From a virus (taxonomy: Duplodnaviria > Heunggongvirae > Uroviricota > Caudoviricetes), in the IMG/VR virus record IMGVR_UViG_3300028797_000097: a stretch of DNA of 52,832 nucleotides. The stretch is one strand, 5' to 3'. A program made the position numbers and the translations under genes. The notes below the pieces were generated by a model. It did no database searches. It was not told the origin of the DNA and saw nothing but the letters and a program-made list of their open reading frames with translations. Shown one piece after another: positions 17,572 through 26,658 of this stretch (position 1 is the first letter of the stretch; every line of letters begins with the position of its first letter).

Positions 17572-19329
17572 ATGACTTTTAACGAAGCAAAAAAGCTATT
17601 AAAATCAAAGAATATGTATTTTATCAAGGAAAATGCTGCATTTGGCTCTCTCGAAGAGTATAAGGCCAAATTGAGCGACTTGTGGGCAGATAACTATACA
17701 ACTGATGATCCAGATGAAGCATCTTTTGACGAAATTCTCGCCATGGATGAAGACGCTGAAGAATTGGTCAAGAGTTATTACGAACGTGAACTTGACCCGA
17801 CAGAAGCTGTTGAGGAATTACACGATACTTTAGCAAGTGTTCCGGAAAATACAGAAGATTTCGAAGAAGTTGTCGATGATGAAGGTGAAGATGCTGAATA
17901 TATCGATGATGAAGAAAATATTGATGCATTAGATGGCGATGATAACATCGCTTATGATGAATCTGATTTAGATAACTTCGAAGACGATGAAAATTATGTC
18001 GCAGATGATCTCGAACCGGAGGAAGAATTGAATTTTGGTGAAGCTGTCAGATATTTAAAGAAACATGGCTATGCACTTAATGAAGATGCACAGTTACTTT
18101 TGGAAGCATGGTATGATAATATCGGATTAGACGATACTGATAAGTTGTTTATCCAGAGAACCATGGAAACTTATGCTTCTGCTAAGTCTAAGCCAAGAAC
18201 ACTCGGTGGTCAACGTATTAAGGGTGGTTACATGACACCTGCAAAACGTGCTGATTACTATGGCAAGTTCGAACATATTTTGGAATTGATTGCAGATCGT
18301 CCGAATGCTACCAGAAATATGAGAACTGTTAGAAAGGAAATGGAACTTCTTCAGGATGATAACTGGTATCAGTTCATTCATGAAAAGAACCCAGACCTTG
18401 ACCAAGATACAATTGTTGAAATCTTCGGTCATGCAGCAATCGGTGAAACTGCTGACTTGACACCAGAAGAAGCTGAGCAGCGTCGTGCAGAACGTGCTGA
18501 AGCTGAACGTCGTGCAGCAGAAGCAGAACGTGAACGTCGTGAACGTGAAGCTGCAGCAGAACGCGAACGTCAACGTCGTGAAAACCCAGAACCAGAAGAC
18601 ATGATTACTCATCGTGAATTCGAAGAAACTCCGGAAACTGTTACTACCCGTCGTGTCACTCGTCACCGTATGAGAACAGTTAACCGTAATTATACTGACC
18701 ACTATGCATTCCCAGCTGCAACAATCAAGATTAATATCGATGTTACTGGCGACGATGAATCCAAGGCAGAAGTTGATGAAATTATTTCTGCAATCAAGGA
18801 TAAGTTACGTCTTGCTTACGAAGATGATGAAGGTAAGTATGCAATGTGTAATGTTGATGCAGCAGTTGTTGATGTCGAAGAAGATGGTGCTACAAAGCAA
18901 GAATATCATATCGTTATCAAGATGCCTGCAGAAATCAAGGAAGAAATTGCTCAGTTCGCTCAGGTCGAACTTGAAGATACATTCCCGTTCGTTAATTCTG
19001 AACATCCAGAAGATTCTGTTTATGAATTCGATAATACTGGAAACCGTGATGAAATCGAAGACGAAACTTACGAATATGATGAACCAGTTGTTCAGAGAGG
19101 TCGTAGACGTCCACAGACTACTGGAGCACGTCGTGTTAGCAGAACACCTCGTTGGAGAGTTCACTATACATTAGCTGATGAAAACGGTCGTGATAGTAGA
19201 ATTCAGAGAACTGTTATTGTTCCTGCAGCAACTGCTGAAGATGCTAAGAACAAGGTTGAAAACCCAGAAGACATCGATAATGCATACGCAACTGGTGTAT
19301 TCGCTGTAACAGGTGTTGATAGAGTCTAA
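17572..19329 (+). CDS. leader-family late protein with two leader copies, acidic and multi-domain
   Basis: ATG 17572 MTFNEAKKLLKSKNMYFIKE; internal LNFGEAVRYLKKHGYALNE; E/R-rich helix. Confidence 0.75.
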   Translation: MTFNEAKKLLKSKNMYFIKENAAFGSLEEYKAKLSDLWADNYTTDDPDEASFDEILAMDEDAEELVKSYYERELDPTEAVEELHDTLASVPENTEDFEEVVDDEGEDAEYIDDEENIDALDGDDNIAYDESDLDNFEDDENYVADDLEPEEELNFGEAVRYLKKHGYALNEDAQLLLEAWYDNIGLDDTDKLFIQRTMETYASAKSKPRTLGGQRIKGGYMTPAKRADYYGKFEHILELIADRPNATRNMRTVRKEMELLQDDNWYQFIHEKNPDLDQDTIVEIFGHAAIGETADLTPEEAEQRRAERAEAERRAAEAERERREREAAAERERQRRENPEPEDMITHREFEETPETVTTRRVTRHRMRTVNRNYTDHYAFPAATIKINIDVTGDDESKAEVDEIISAIKDKLRLAYEDDEGKYAMCNVDAAVVDVEEDGATKQEYHIVIKMPAEIKEEIAQFAQVELEDTFPFVNSEHPEDSVYEFDNTGNRDEIEDETYEYDEPVVQRGRRRPQTTGARRVSRTPRWRVHYTLADENGRDSRIQRTVIVPAATAEDAKNKVENPEDIDNAYATGVFAVTGVDRV

Positions 19330-19348
19330 TAATCTCAATTAATAAAAG

Positions 19349-19376
19349 AAAGGCGGCAAGTAATTGCCGTCTTTTT
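19349..19376. terminator. bidirectional intrinsic terminator
   Basis: aaaggcggcaa-gtaa-ttgccgtcttt. Confidence 0.85.
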
Positions 19377-19379
19377 ATT

Positions 19380-20708
19380 TTAGAATGTCTTAATAAATGC
19401 GGTATAACCTAAGTAAGCGTTATAAATGTCATTTACATGGGCAAGTTCTAATGGAGAGTGCATATTCAGAATTGGAACACCTGCATCAAGAACATTGATA
19501 TTCAATTCACAAACCATACTTGCGATTGTTCCACCGCCACCAACATCGACCTTGCCAAGAGAATCAAACTGATACTTAACTCCTGCATCCTTCATAACCT
19601 TTCGGATATAAGCAATAAATTCAGGATTTGCGTCAGCACCACCAGACTTACCACGACCTCCATTATACTTAGAGAACATAATACCACCATTTAACTTAGC
19701 AGAAGATTTCTTATCATAAGCGTCTGCATAAAGTGGGTCATAAGCTGCAGTAACGTCAGAAGAAAGCATACGAGAACGTGCTAAGTATGTAGCAAATTCA
19801 ACTTCATCCTTCGGTCTCAAGACACAACGTAATACGTCTTCAAACCATCTCGATTTTGCTCCTGTAGCACAGCAAGAACCAATTTCTTCCTTATCTACTA
19901 ATACAACACCAGATGTGACTTCTGGAAGCTCCTGGAGCGACAGAACAGCCATTAATGAGGTAAATGCGCAAACTCTATCATCTTGACCATAACCAGCAAT
20001 CAAGGACTTATCAAAGCCAGAATATCTTGCTTTACCTGCAGGAACAATTTCAAGTTCTGCAGAAACTAAATCTTCTTCTTCAACTCCATATTTTTCCTTA
20101 AGGAACTGTAAAACCCATTCCTTAACCTTTTTCTTATCCTTATCTTCAGTTTCGATTTCAGTCGTTGCTACGAGAATATCGAGCTTTTCACCATTAATGA
20201 AATCACTTGCTTTCTTTTCTGCAAGTTTCTTATCAAGGTGAGGAAGAAGGTCACAAATACAGAAAATCGGATCATTCGGATCTTCACCAATAGAAACCTT
20301 TACAGTGTTACCGTCAATAGTGCAAATAACACCATGAATAGCAAGCGGAGTAGTTGTCCATTGATACTTCTTGATACCACCATAATATTGTGTATCAAAG
20401 TAAGCAATTCCATCTGATTCATAAAGTGGCTTTTGCTTGACGTCGATTCTAGGAGCATCAATATGAGCACCGAGAATGTTTACTGCTATGTTTGCCTTAC
20501 CAACAATAAATGCTGCAAAATTCTTATTTTTATTCTTGAAATAAACCTTTTCACCTGGCAACAAAATACCAGAAGTATGTTTATATTGCCTAAAACCAGC
20601 AAGAATAGCAAGACGTTCAGCTTCATCGACACAAAGACGTTCAGTCTTCGCGGTTGAAATAAAATTAATATAATCTGTGATTAAGTTTGTTTGATTTATT
20701 ATACTCAT
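19380..20708 (-). CDS. M18 family (aspartyl/ApeA-like) aminopeptidase
   Basis: GAHIDAPR, GQDDRVC, DKEEIGS, SSDV, MHSPLE; ATG 20708 preferred. Confidence 0.9.
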   Translation of the reverse strand: MSIINQTNLITDYINFISTAKTERLCVDEAERLAILAGFRQYKHTSGILLPGEKVYFKNKNKNFAAFIVGKANIAVNILGAHIDAPRIDVKQKPLYESDGIAYFDTQYYGGIKKYQWTTTPLAIHGVICTIDGNTVKVSIGEDPNDPIFCICDLLPHLDKKLAEKKASDFINGEKLDILVATTEIETEDKDKKKVKEWVLQFLKEKYGVEEEDLVSAELEIVPAGKARYSGFDKSLIAGYGQDDRVCAFTSLMAVLSLQELPEVTSGVVLVDKEEIGSCCATGAKSRWFEDVLRCVLRPKDEVEFATYLARSRMLSSDVTAAYDPLYADAYDKKSSAKLNGGIMFSKYNGGRGKSGGADANPEFIAYIRKVMKDAGVKYQFDSLGKVDVGGGGTIASMVCELNINVLDAGVPILNMHSPLELAHVNDIYNAYLGYTAFIKTF

Positions 20709-20716
20709 ATAAATCA

Positions 20717-20744
20717 AATATAAAAAAATAACGGGTTTTGTAAA
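20717..20744 (-). promoter_or_regulatory. sigma70-like early promoter fused to terminator hairpin
   Basis: TTTACA-N16-TATATT; stem aataacgggttt/aaacccgttatt. Confidence 0.75.
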
Positions 20745-20771
20745 CCCGTTATTGTTAATTGCTGAAATTTA

Positions 20772-22013
20772 TTAAGCGTTTTCTTTGAAGTTCTTAGCGA
20801 ATTCTTCAAATACCTGTTCGAGACATTCCTTAGTCAAACCGAGCTTGAAGACTGGCTTATAAGTATCGTAGAATTCCTGAAGGTTATGTGCTACGAACGG
20901 CTTATCTGTATCAGTCTTATAGCGAGTGTTCAAACGAGTTAAGGCATGCTGACAAATAGCACGGACAATTTCAACACTTGCAGCACCGATTGCGTCACCA
21001 ACGACACCACCGTTACGGATAAGTCTTGGATTATCAGTGAAGTACTTCTTAACAATTTGCTTAGCCTTCAACTTAAATGGATCATTATCACGTCTTGGAA
21101 TTTCGATTGTATTCGGAATTTCACCGTCAATGATTTCATTAATCTGAGCAGCATAAGTCTGAGCATCAGAGTTCAAGAATGAACGGCATTCAGCAGCAGT
21201 CGGGAAGTTAGCAGCACCTAAGCTATCCTTAATAGTCTTCTTAACGCTCTGTTCCATATATTCTGCATCGTTGTTTGCTAACAATCTCATTGCGTCTTCT
21301 GGGAAGTCGTTAATGAACAATGCCAACTTGTAAGCAACGGTTTCGTCCATCTTAGCACGATCTTCTTCTGGAACACGGTTAAGTTCGTCTCTCTTATAAG
21401 CACGAACCCAGTCATTCCAAGCATCACTAAGTTCTGTAGCAGAACCAGAGTAATCCGGCATAATCCAACGAGCCAAGTCACGGCTAAGCTGTCTATAAGA
21501 GTTAGCACCGAATCTGTCCTTAGCTTCTTCTTCGTTGTTCTTAAACCATTCGACGAAATCAGCCATATCAAGTTCGTTATAAGCGTCAGCTAACTGAACA
21601 TTATTTCTGGAAATCTGGTTGTGGAACTTAATACCACGGTCATAGTAGTTTCTATCAATATCATCTTTACTATGTTCGATAGCTCTACCAATTCTAGTAT
21701 AAAGCTTATAATATGCACTTTCTGTAAACTTACGCTTAAAATCATACCAGCTTGTTGATGTAAGATCAATATTGAGCTTACTTCTAATTAATGCAACATA
21801 AGCATCCCAATCAAAGCGGTTAACTTCAATGAATCTTTTTAACTTAGCCATTGCGGTGGCAGTTGAATCACGTTCACTGATAACTTCATTGATTGCCTTT
21901 GCAGTAAGGAACATCTGCTGCTTTTCTGGTGTAAGTTTATCAAAAACACGACGTTGTGCGTTCTTAGCCATTTCAGTAATATATCTCTTTTTTCTGATAG
22001 TGAGCAAGCTCAT
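20772..22013 (-). CDS. late protein of unknown function (divergent leader ending YITE)
   Basis: Late promoter 22041-22048, AAGGAG RBS, 413 aa, mostly helical. Confidence 0.75.
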   Translation of the reverse strand: MSLLTIRKKRYITEMAKNAQRRVFDKLTPEKQQMFLTAKAINEVISERDSTATAMAKLKRFIEVNRFDWDAYVALIRSKLNIDLTSTSWYDFKRKFTESAYYKLYTRIGRAIEHSKDDIDRNYYDRGIKFHNQISRNNVQLADAYNELDMADFVEWFKNNEEEAKDRFGANSYRQLSRDLARWIMPDYSGSATELSDAWNDWVRAYKRDELNRVPEEDRAKMDETVAYKLALFINDFPEDAMRLLANNDAEYMEQSVKKTIKDSLGAANFPTAAECRSFLNSDAQTYAAQINEIIDGEIPNTIEIPRRDNDPFKLKAKQIVKKYFTDNPRLIRNGGVVGDAIGAASVEIVRAICQHALTRLNTRYKTDTDKPFVAHNLQEFYDTYKPVFKLGLTKECLEQVFEEFAKNFKENA

Positions 22014-22040
22014 ATAATCTCCTTAAAATTTACTTTATAT

Positions 22041-22048
22041 TATTTATA
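22041..22048 (-). promoter_or_regulatory. T4-type late promoter
   Basis: TATAAATA(ATATAAA) on minus strand. Confidence 0.75.
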
Positions 22049-22050
22049 AT

Positions 22051-22078
22051 AAAAAATGAGAGAATTAATCTCTCATTT
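22051..22078 (-). terminator. intrinsic terminator abutting late promoter
   Basis: aaatgagaga/tctctcattt plus U-tract on minus strand. Confidence 0.8.
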
Positions 22079-22097
22079 CTTACAAAAAATACAGAGT

Positions 22098-22289
22098 TTA
22101 GAGATTATCGGCTATAATTTCTTCTGATTTTTCTTCTAGTTGTCGTTCTGCCTCAGCTGCATGAATTTTTTCATCTGTAACTACTTCAGTATCAAAACGG
22201 TCAAGATGTAGCATTGCACGTTTTAATTCTTCAGCAGGAAACATAGAAATCATTTCACCCAATTGAAGCTTTGGCTTTTCGTTTTCCAT
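22098..22289 (-). CDS. hypothetical acidic protein
   Basis: 63-aa ORF after the NadD-Nudix gene. Confidence 0.65.
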   Translation of the reverse strand: MENEKPKLQLGEMISMFPAEELKRAMLHLDRFDTEVVTDEKIHAAEAERQLEEKSEEIIADNL

Positions 22290-22301
22290 ATTAATTATTT
22301 A

Positions 22302-23405
22302 TTACTGTTTTAAAGCATCTTCGATAATCATGCCATGGTGGAAACCAAGTTTTGGCAAATTATCAAGCTTAAACCAGCCTACATCTGCAGCATCATCGCC
22401 AGCAACTGCCTTTTTCTTGTCCTTACCAGGAACATGTACAACAAATGCTGTATCAATAATGCGAAGTCTCGGATCAAACATATGGCTATATGTCTTAATC
22501 TGAGTAAACTTTTCAACTGGAATGTCAAGTCCGGCTTCTTCCCTAAATTCTCTCTGTGCTGCATGTTCAAGACTTGCATCTGGTTTTTCCATTTCACCAG
22601 TTTCTTTATTCTTGAATGCAGAATGATTAAAGAATCCACCAGGAGTGCACCAATGACCCATGAAAGGAGGTTTCTTTCTACGAATCAACATAACTTCGTC
22701 GCCGGAAATTGCACAAACGTCAACTGTGTTTGCAAATGCTCCCCAGCCCTGTTTCTTATAGTTTTCAACCCATTTCTTTTCCAAATCCGCATAATTTGTC
22801 GGATTCTGATTATAAAGACATGTAGAAACAATATTATTCTTTGCATCAATTTCGCCTTCATGACGAATAAAATTGAATACAACCTTACTAATATACTTCT
22901 GAACATCCTTATAGTGACATTCTGGATTAACTCTAAAGATTTCTCTAACAGCACTGCTAGAAATACCTTCAGTCTTGAGATTGTCAACAATAGTGCAATT
23001 TGCTTGCTTATAAGCAACAGCTGCGTCTCTTGCGAAGACGAGGAACTTATAAGTATTCAGTAAACGGTTACTATATAACCACTTACCAGCAACGAGACTC
23101 TTCCATTCATCATCGCCAATAACGATAGTAATTTCATTCGGGTCAACTTGACGATAATTAACCCAAAGATATTCATACATTCTGTTAGTTTGAATATCAA
23201 TATCGTAATCAACATTCTTAGATGCTAATGCGACTTTGACCATCTGCTTACGTGCACCTGCGGGTGTGCGATTGGTCTTTTCGTCATTATCTGTAACAAG
23301 AATGTGAAGTTTATCGCCAGCTCTCATTCTTTTCTTGACAGCTTTGATAATTGCTTCATGTGCATGTGTGAATGGGTCAAACCAGCTTCCGAATATATAA
23401 TGCAT
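22302..23405 (-). CDS. bifunctional NadD-like nucleotide adenylyltransferase / Nudix ADP-ribose pyrophosphatase
   Basis: GSWFDPFTHAH (HxxH), ISSSAVR; Nudix WCTPGGF...AAQREFREEAGL, DPRLRII, AGDDAADVGWF. Confidence 0.85.
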   Translation of the reverse strand: MHYIFGSWFDPFTHAHEAIIKAVKKRMRAGDKLHILVTDNDEKTNRTPAGARKQMVKVALASKNVDYDIDIQTNRMYEYLWVNYRQVDPNEITIVIGDDEWKSLVAGKWLYSNRLLNTYKFLVFARDAAVAYKQANCTIVDNLKTEGISSSAVREIFRVNPECHYKDVQKYISKVVFNFIRHEGEIDAKNNIVSTCLYNQNPTNYADLEKKWVENYKKQGWGAFANTVDVCAISGDEVMLIRRKKPPFMGHWCTPGGFFNHSAFKNKETGEMEKPDASLEHAAQREFREEAGLDIPVEKFTQIKTYSHMFDPRLRIIDTAFVVHVPGKDKKKAVAGDDAADVGWFKLDNLPKLGFHHGMIIEDALKQ

Positions 23406-23425
23406 AAGTTATTCCTTTTTTGTTA

Positions 23426-23454
23426 AATATAGCAAAACAATTGTTAGTTGTCAG
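23426..23454 (-). promoter_or_regulatory. sigma70-like early promoter (nadD-Nudix)
   Basis: CTGACA-N17-TATATT; -35 lies inside the 3' end of the upstream gene. Confidence 0.7.
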
Positions 23455-24523
23455 CCCTAACAATCGTCTCGCCATCAAAGTCAGCGAAATGTTCCTTCAT
23501 GTTGTTAATTGTTTCCATTGGAACATTATGGATAGAACCGAAATCATTTGCCATACGGTAAACTGAAACGTTATATCCATGTGCTGCTGCTTCGTTCAAA
23601 TAAGGCTTTAATTCCTTATGCTTTACGAAGGTATTAGAAACAATTACAAAAGAATCTTCACCCTTTAATGCATTGAATACATCATTGAAGCACTTGTTAT
23701 GTGCAACACCTAACAATGCAGGATTGAACTTATATTCTCCAGCTTCATTAATCCAGAAATTATCAGATTCGAAATGGCTAGCCTTATGTCCTTGGGACTG
23801 CAAGCTAGCAAGTAACTTCTTTGCAAAAGTAGACTTGCCGGAACCTGGAATACCACGAACAATGACCAATGTCTTACCATCGTCTTTTGGTTGTAACTCA
23901 TGGATTCTTACTGGTCTGTAATAAGATTCCCAGTTAACGTTATTTTGCACTAATTCTACTCCTTTATGATTGCACTTTGTTGTCTGTGCGAATTCATGTG
24001 TATGACCATGAACAAGATACGTAATGAATGTTCCTTCAGAATCATAATAATTTAATGCAGAATTATCAGAATCCTTATAACCCTTATCATCTATATCATT
24101 ATAGGTATAATGCTGCAAAAGATAATTTACACCATTATGAGTTAACAAGATATGGTTATCACGAACCAAAGTAACCTTTGGAAATCCCTCGATTACCTTC
24201 GATAACTTCTTGAAGATTTCATAGTCATGATTTCCCAATAACCAGTACATATGCTTGAAATGCAACTTGCTGTAATACTCTCTAAACAAGTCTACTAACT
24301 TGCTACCTGGAGTTCCAAGGGTGAAATCACCAAGGAAGAAAACAGTAGTCTCGTCGTCAACAACATCATTCCATTGCTTCTCAATATCTGCGTTCATTTC
24401 ATCAATTGTTGCATACTTTCTTGTTCTATCGAAATGGTCTTCGTAGCTAGTACATAACTTACGATGGTTTAAATGTAAATCGCTTGTAAAGACAATCTTA
24501 TTGTCATCTATTGTTATTTTCAT
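23444..24523 (-). CDS. calcineurin-like metallophosphoesterase fused to P-loop (AAA_33 / polynucleotide kinase-like) kinase
   Basis: SDLH, LGDF, GNHD, HGHTH, then RGIPGSGKST and IVSNT. Confidence 0.88.
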   Translation of the reverse strand: MKITIDDNKIVFTSDLHLNHRKLCTSYEDHFDRTRKYATIDEMNADIEKQWNDVVDDETTVFFLGDFTLGTPGSKLVDLFREYYSKLHFKHMYWLLGNHDYEIFKKLSKVIEGFPKVTLVRDNHILLTHNGVNYLLQHYTYNDIDDKGYKDSDNSALNYYDSEGTFITYLVHGHTHEFAQTTKCNHKGVELVQNNVNWESYYRPVRIHELQPKDDGKTLVIVRGIPGSGKSTFAKKLLASLQSQGHKASHFESDNFWINEAGEYKFNPALLGVAHNKCFNDVFNALKGEDSFVIVSNTFVKHKELKPYLNEAAAHGYNVSVYRMANDFGSIHNVPMETINNMKEHFADFDGETIVRADN

Positions 24524-24612
24524 ATTACTCCTTTAGTTTTTTGTTCAAATATAGAAAAAAGGGATAAGCCAGAAGCCGGTCCCTTAAAAAGTTTTGAAAC
24601 TTTTATTATATT

Positions 24613-26553
24613 TTACTTTGTTGCTGTAGAGAACAAATCGATTAAAGTGTCCTTGCTTAACTGAGTTAAATCAAGTGCAACTTCAGTCTTTTCGTCACCA
24701 TCTTCAACGAAAGTGAAACCTGCCTTTTCAAGAATAGGCTTCAAGTCCACGAAGGAACGGCACTTATTCTTGAGATTTTCGATGTATACCTGAGCATACT
24801 TCTGGTTAGGAACACGACCACCGCCTTGAGTAAGGTCCATAAGATAAACCTTATTATCGATGATCAATGCACACTGCTTATCACGTTCACCATCAACTGG
24901 AATAATGAATTCTGCCTTGATGTTGTTCGGATCACACATCGGACATTCACGACCATTATATGAACTATAGCCACGGTCCTTCATGTTAGAACGATTTTCA
25001 CGTGCTACGAAGAACTTAAATTGAGACTTCGGAGATCCAGAGAATTGAGAAACAGATACCTTACCATCTGGGCATGCCTTGCTAATATAGAACAATTCAG
25101 TAGCTTCCGGTTCGGCATTTGTCATGTCACCAGAGAAGATAACCTTGTTGTTCTTATCATTATAAGCAGCATTCCAACCATAAGAATTACCGTTAATATC
25201 AGCCAAATGGAGGTCGAAATCTCGAGTTCCCCATTCGTTACGCCAATAAATACCGATAACGTTATGGTCATCACCCATATCAACAGAAGTACCGAACGGA
25301 TAGTTTCCAATAAAGTTCTTTTCAGAAGTCGGAACGGTTAAGTTCACATTCTTCGGATAACGAACAGTGCATGCCTTGTCCTTGATTGAGTTAACAATAG
25401 AATCTTCGAGCATGCCATAAACCCTCATAAGATAAGTGTTCATGTTCTGAGAAACCTTAGGTGCGTCTTCACGAACCCACATCTTACCATTTCTGATTAC
25501 ATACATCTTTCCAGATGCATTCTGAAGCTTAGCAAGAATAGCTTGCATAAGTGTAATCTTCTTAAAGTTGGTGATGCTATCCTTTGCAAGACGATCAGCA
25601 ACTTCAGTCAATGGCTTTTCTTCTGTGATAATAGTTTCCCAGAATCCCGGCTTAAACGGCTTATGAACAGAAACTGCCAAACGTCTGATATGGTTAATAA
25701 CAGACGCATTAGTTGCCTTACCAGCTACTGCAGCCTTAAGCTTTGAAGCAGCCTTGCGGAATGCTTCGTTCTGGAAAACCTTTGCAGATTCAACACCTGC
25801 TGTATGCTTGAAAGCAAGGAACAATGGCTTAAATCTGTAGAAAATAGAAGCCAAAATGTTACATTCAGTTTCAGAAAGATGAGTAAAATCAACCTTGCTA
25901 GCATTTTCCTTAATAGTCTGAATAGTACGACGGTCCTTGATGAGCATTGCCTTACCAGTTGCCTTGAAGACAAAGTATCTAAGCATGTTAAACGGATCTG
26001 CACCATAGATATTGGTAGCATCCATCAACATAATGACCGATTCCTTGTTCTTAATTGTGTCAATATTAAGACCGTACTTGAGGTAACGTTCTTCCTTGAC
26101 AATATAATCAATAAGAATTTCAAGAGTTTCAGATTCAAGTGCGATACCTGACTGAAGCATCTTAATACAACGGTTATAGATTTCCTCATCAGTTGCAGGC
26201 ATGATAACCTTAAATGACTGATACGGAATTTCTACATCGGGAGATTGGTTAGGGACATAACCATTTCCGGCAGTAAAGCCAATACCGTATGTGGTTGCAT
26301 AATGAACAAGCTGATCAGCCAAAAGTTCGATACGAGTCTTGGATGTAATGTCTTCCCACTTCTTGTAGAAGGTCTTATTGTAATTGGTTTTTGCTTCAGC
26401 CTTGACCCAAGCCAAAGTAGTCTTGGAGCAACAATCAGGGTGAATAATCCAACCATACTTAGCAGATTCTGCGTTAACTTCTAAGAATGAAAGCTTATCT
26501 TCAGATGCCGTAGGCGCGACATTAAACATTGTAATCAACTTGAGATTAATCAT
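24613..26553 (-). CDS. 646-aa conserved-phage-type protein with TerD-like C-terminal region
   Basis: RDFDLH, GWNAAY, IFSGDMTNA resemble TerD-type stress domains; N-terminal part unrecognised. Confidence 0.5.
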   Translation of the reverse strand: MINLKLITMFNVAPTASEDKLSFLEVNAESAKYGWIIHPDCCSKTTLAWVKAEAKTNYNKTFYKKWEDITSKTRIELLADQLVHYATTYGIGFTAGNGYVPNQSPDVEIPYQSFKVIMPATDEEIYNRCIKMLQSGIALESETLEILIDYIVKEERYLKYGLNIDTIKNKESVIMLMDATNIYGADPFNMLRYFVFKATGKAMLIKDRRTIQTIKENASKVDFTHLSETECNILASIFYRFKPLFLAFKHTAGVESAKVFQNEAFRKAASKLKAAVAGKATNASVINHIRRLAVSVHKPFKPGFWETIITEEKPLTEVADRLAKDSITNFKKITLMQAILAKLQNASGKMYVIRNGKMWVREDAPKVSQNMNTYLMRVYGMLEDSIVNSIKDKACTVRYPKNVNLTVPTSEKNFIGNYPFGTSVDMGDDHNVIGIYWRNEWGTRDFDLHLADINGNSYGWNAAYNDKNNKVIFSGDMTNAEPEATELFYISKACPDGKVSVSQFSGSPKSQFKFFVARENRSNMKDRGYSSYNGRECPMCDPNNIKAEFIIPVDGERDKQCALIIDNKVYLMDLTQGGGRVPNQKYAQVYIENLKNKCRSFVDLKPILEKAGFTFVEDGDEKTEVALDLTQLSKDTLIDLFSTATK

Positions 26554-26583
26554 AAAATTTCCTTATTTGTGTTATTAAAAAAT

Positions 26584-26652
26584 CGCTATCGCGAAAAGTA
26601 GATAACTGCCTAAAAAATAATTCATCTTATAGGAACTTTCTTTGCGATAGCG
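26584..26652 (-). ncRNA. candidate structured 5' leader RNA / attenuator
   Basis: CGCTATCGC/GCGATAGCG outer stem, inner CCTA/TAGG and AAGAT/ATTTT stems, U-tract; starts at the predicted +1. Confidence 0.45.
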
Positions 26653-26658
26653 GGATTA

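Noticed and set aside
18460-18600. Quasi-repetitive gaacgtcgtgcagaa DNA as a possible CRISPR or tandem array
   Set aside because: It encodes an E/R/A-rich helix (EAERRAAEAERERR) inside a CDS, with no constant repeat-spacer structure.
24548-24585. TATATT upstream of the phosphoesterase-kinase gene as a full sigma70 promoter
   Set aside because: No acceptable -35 at 16-18 bp, and the adjacent hairpin is imperfect. Not listed as a supported feature.
26584-26652. Hairpin considered as a tRNA or known riboswitch
   Set aside because: No cloverleaf, T-loop or CCA, and no aptamer consensus I can recognise. Kept only as an unclassified structured leader.
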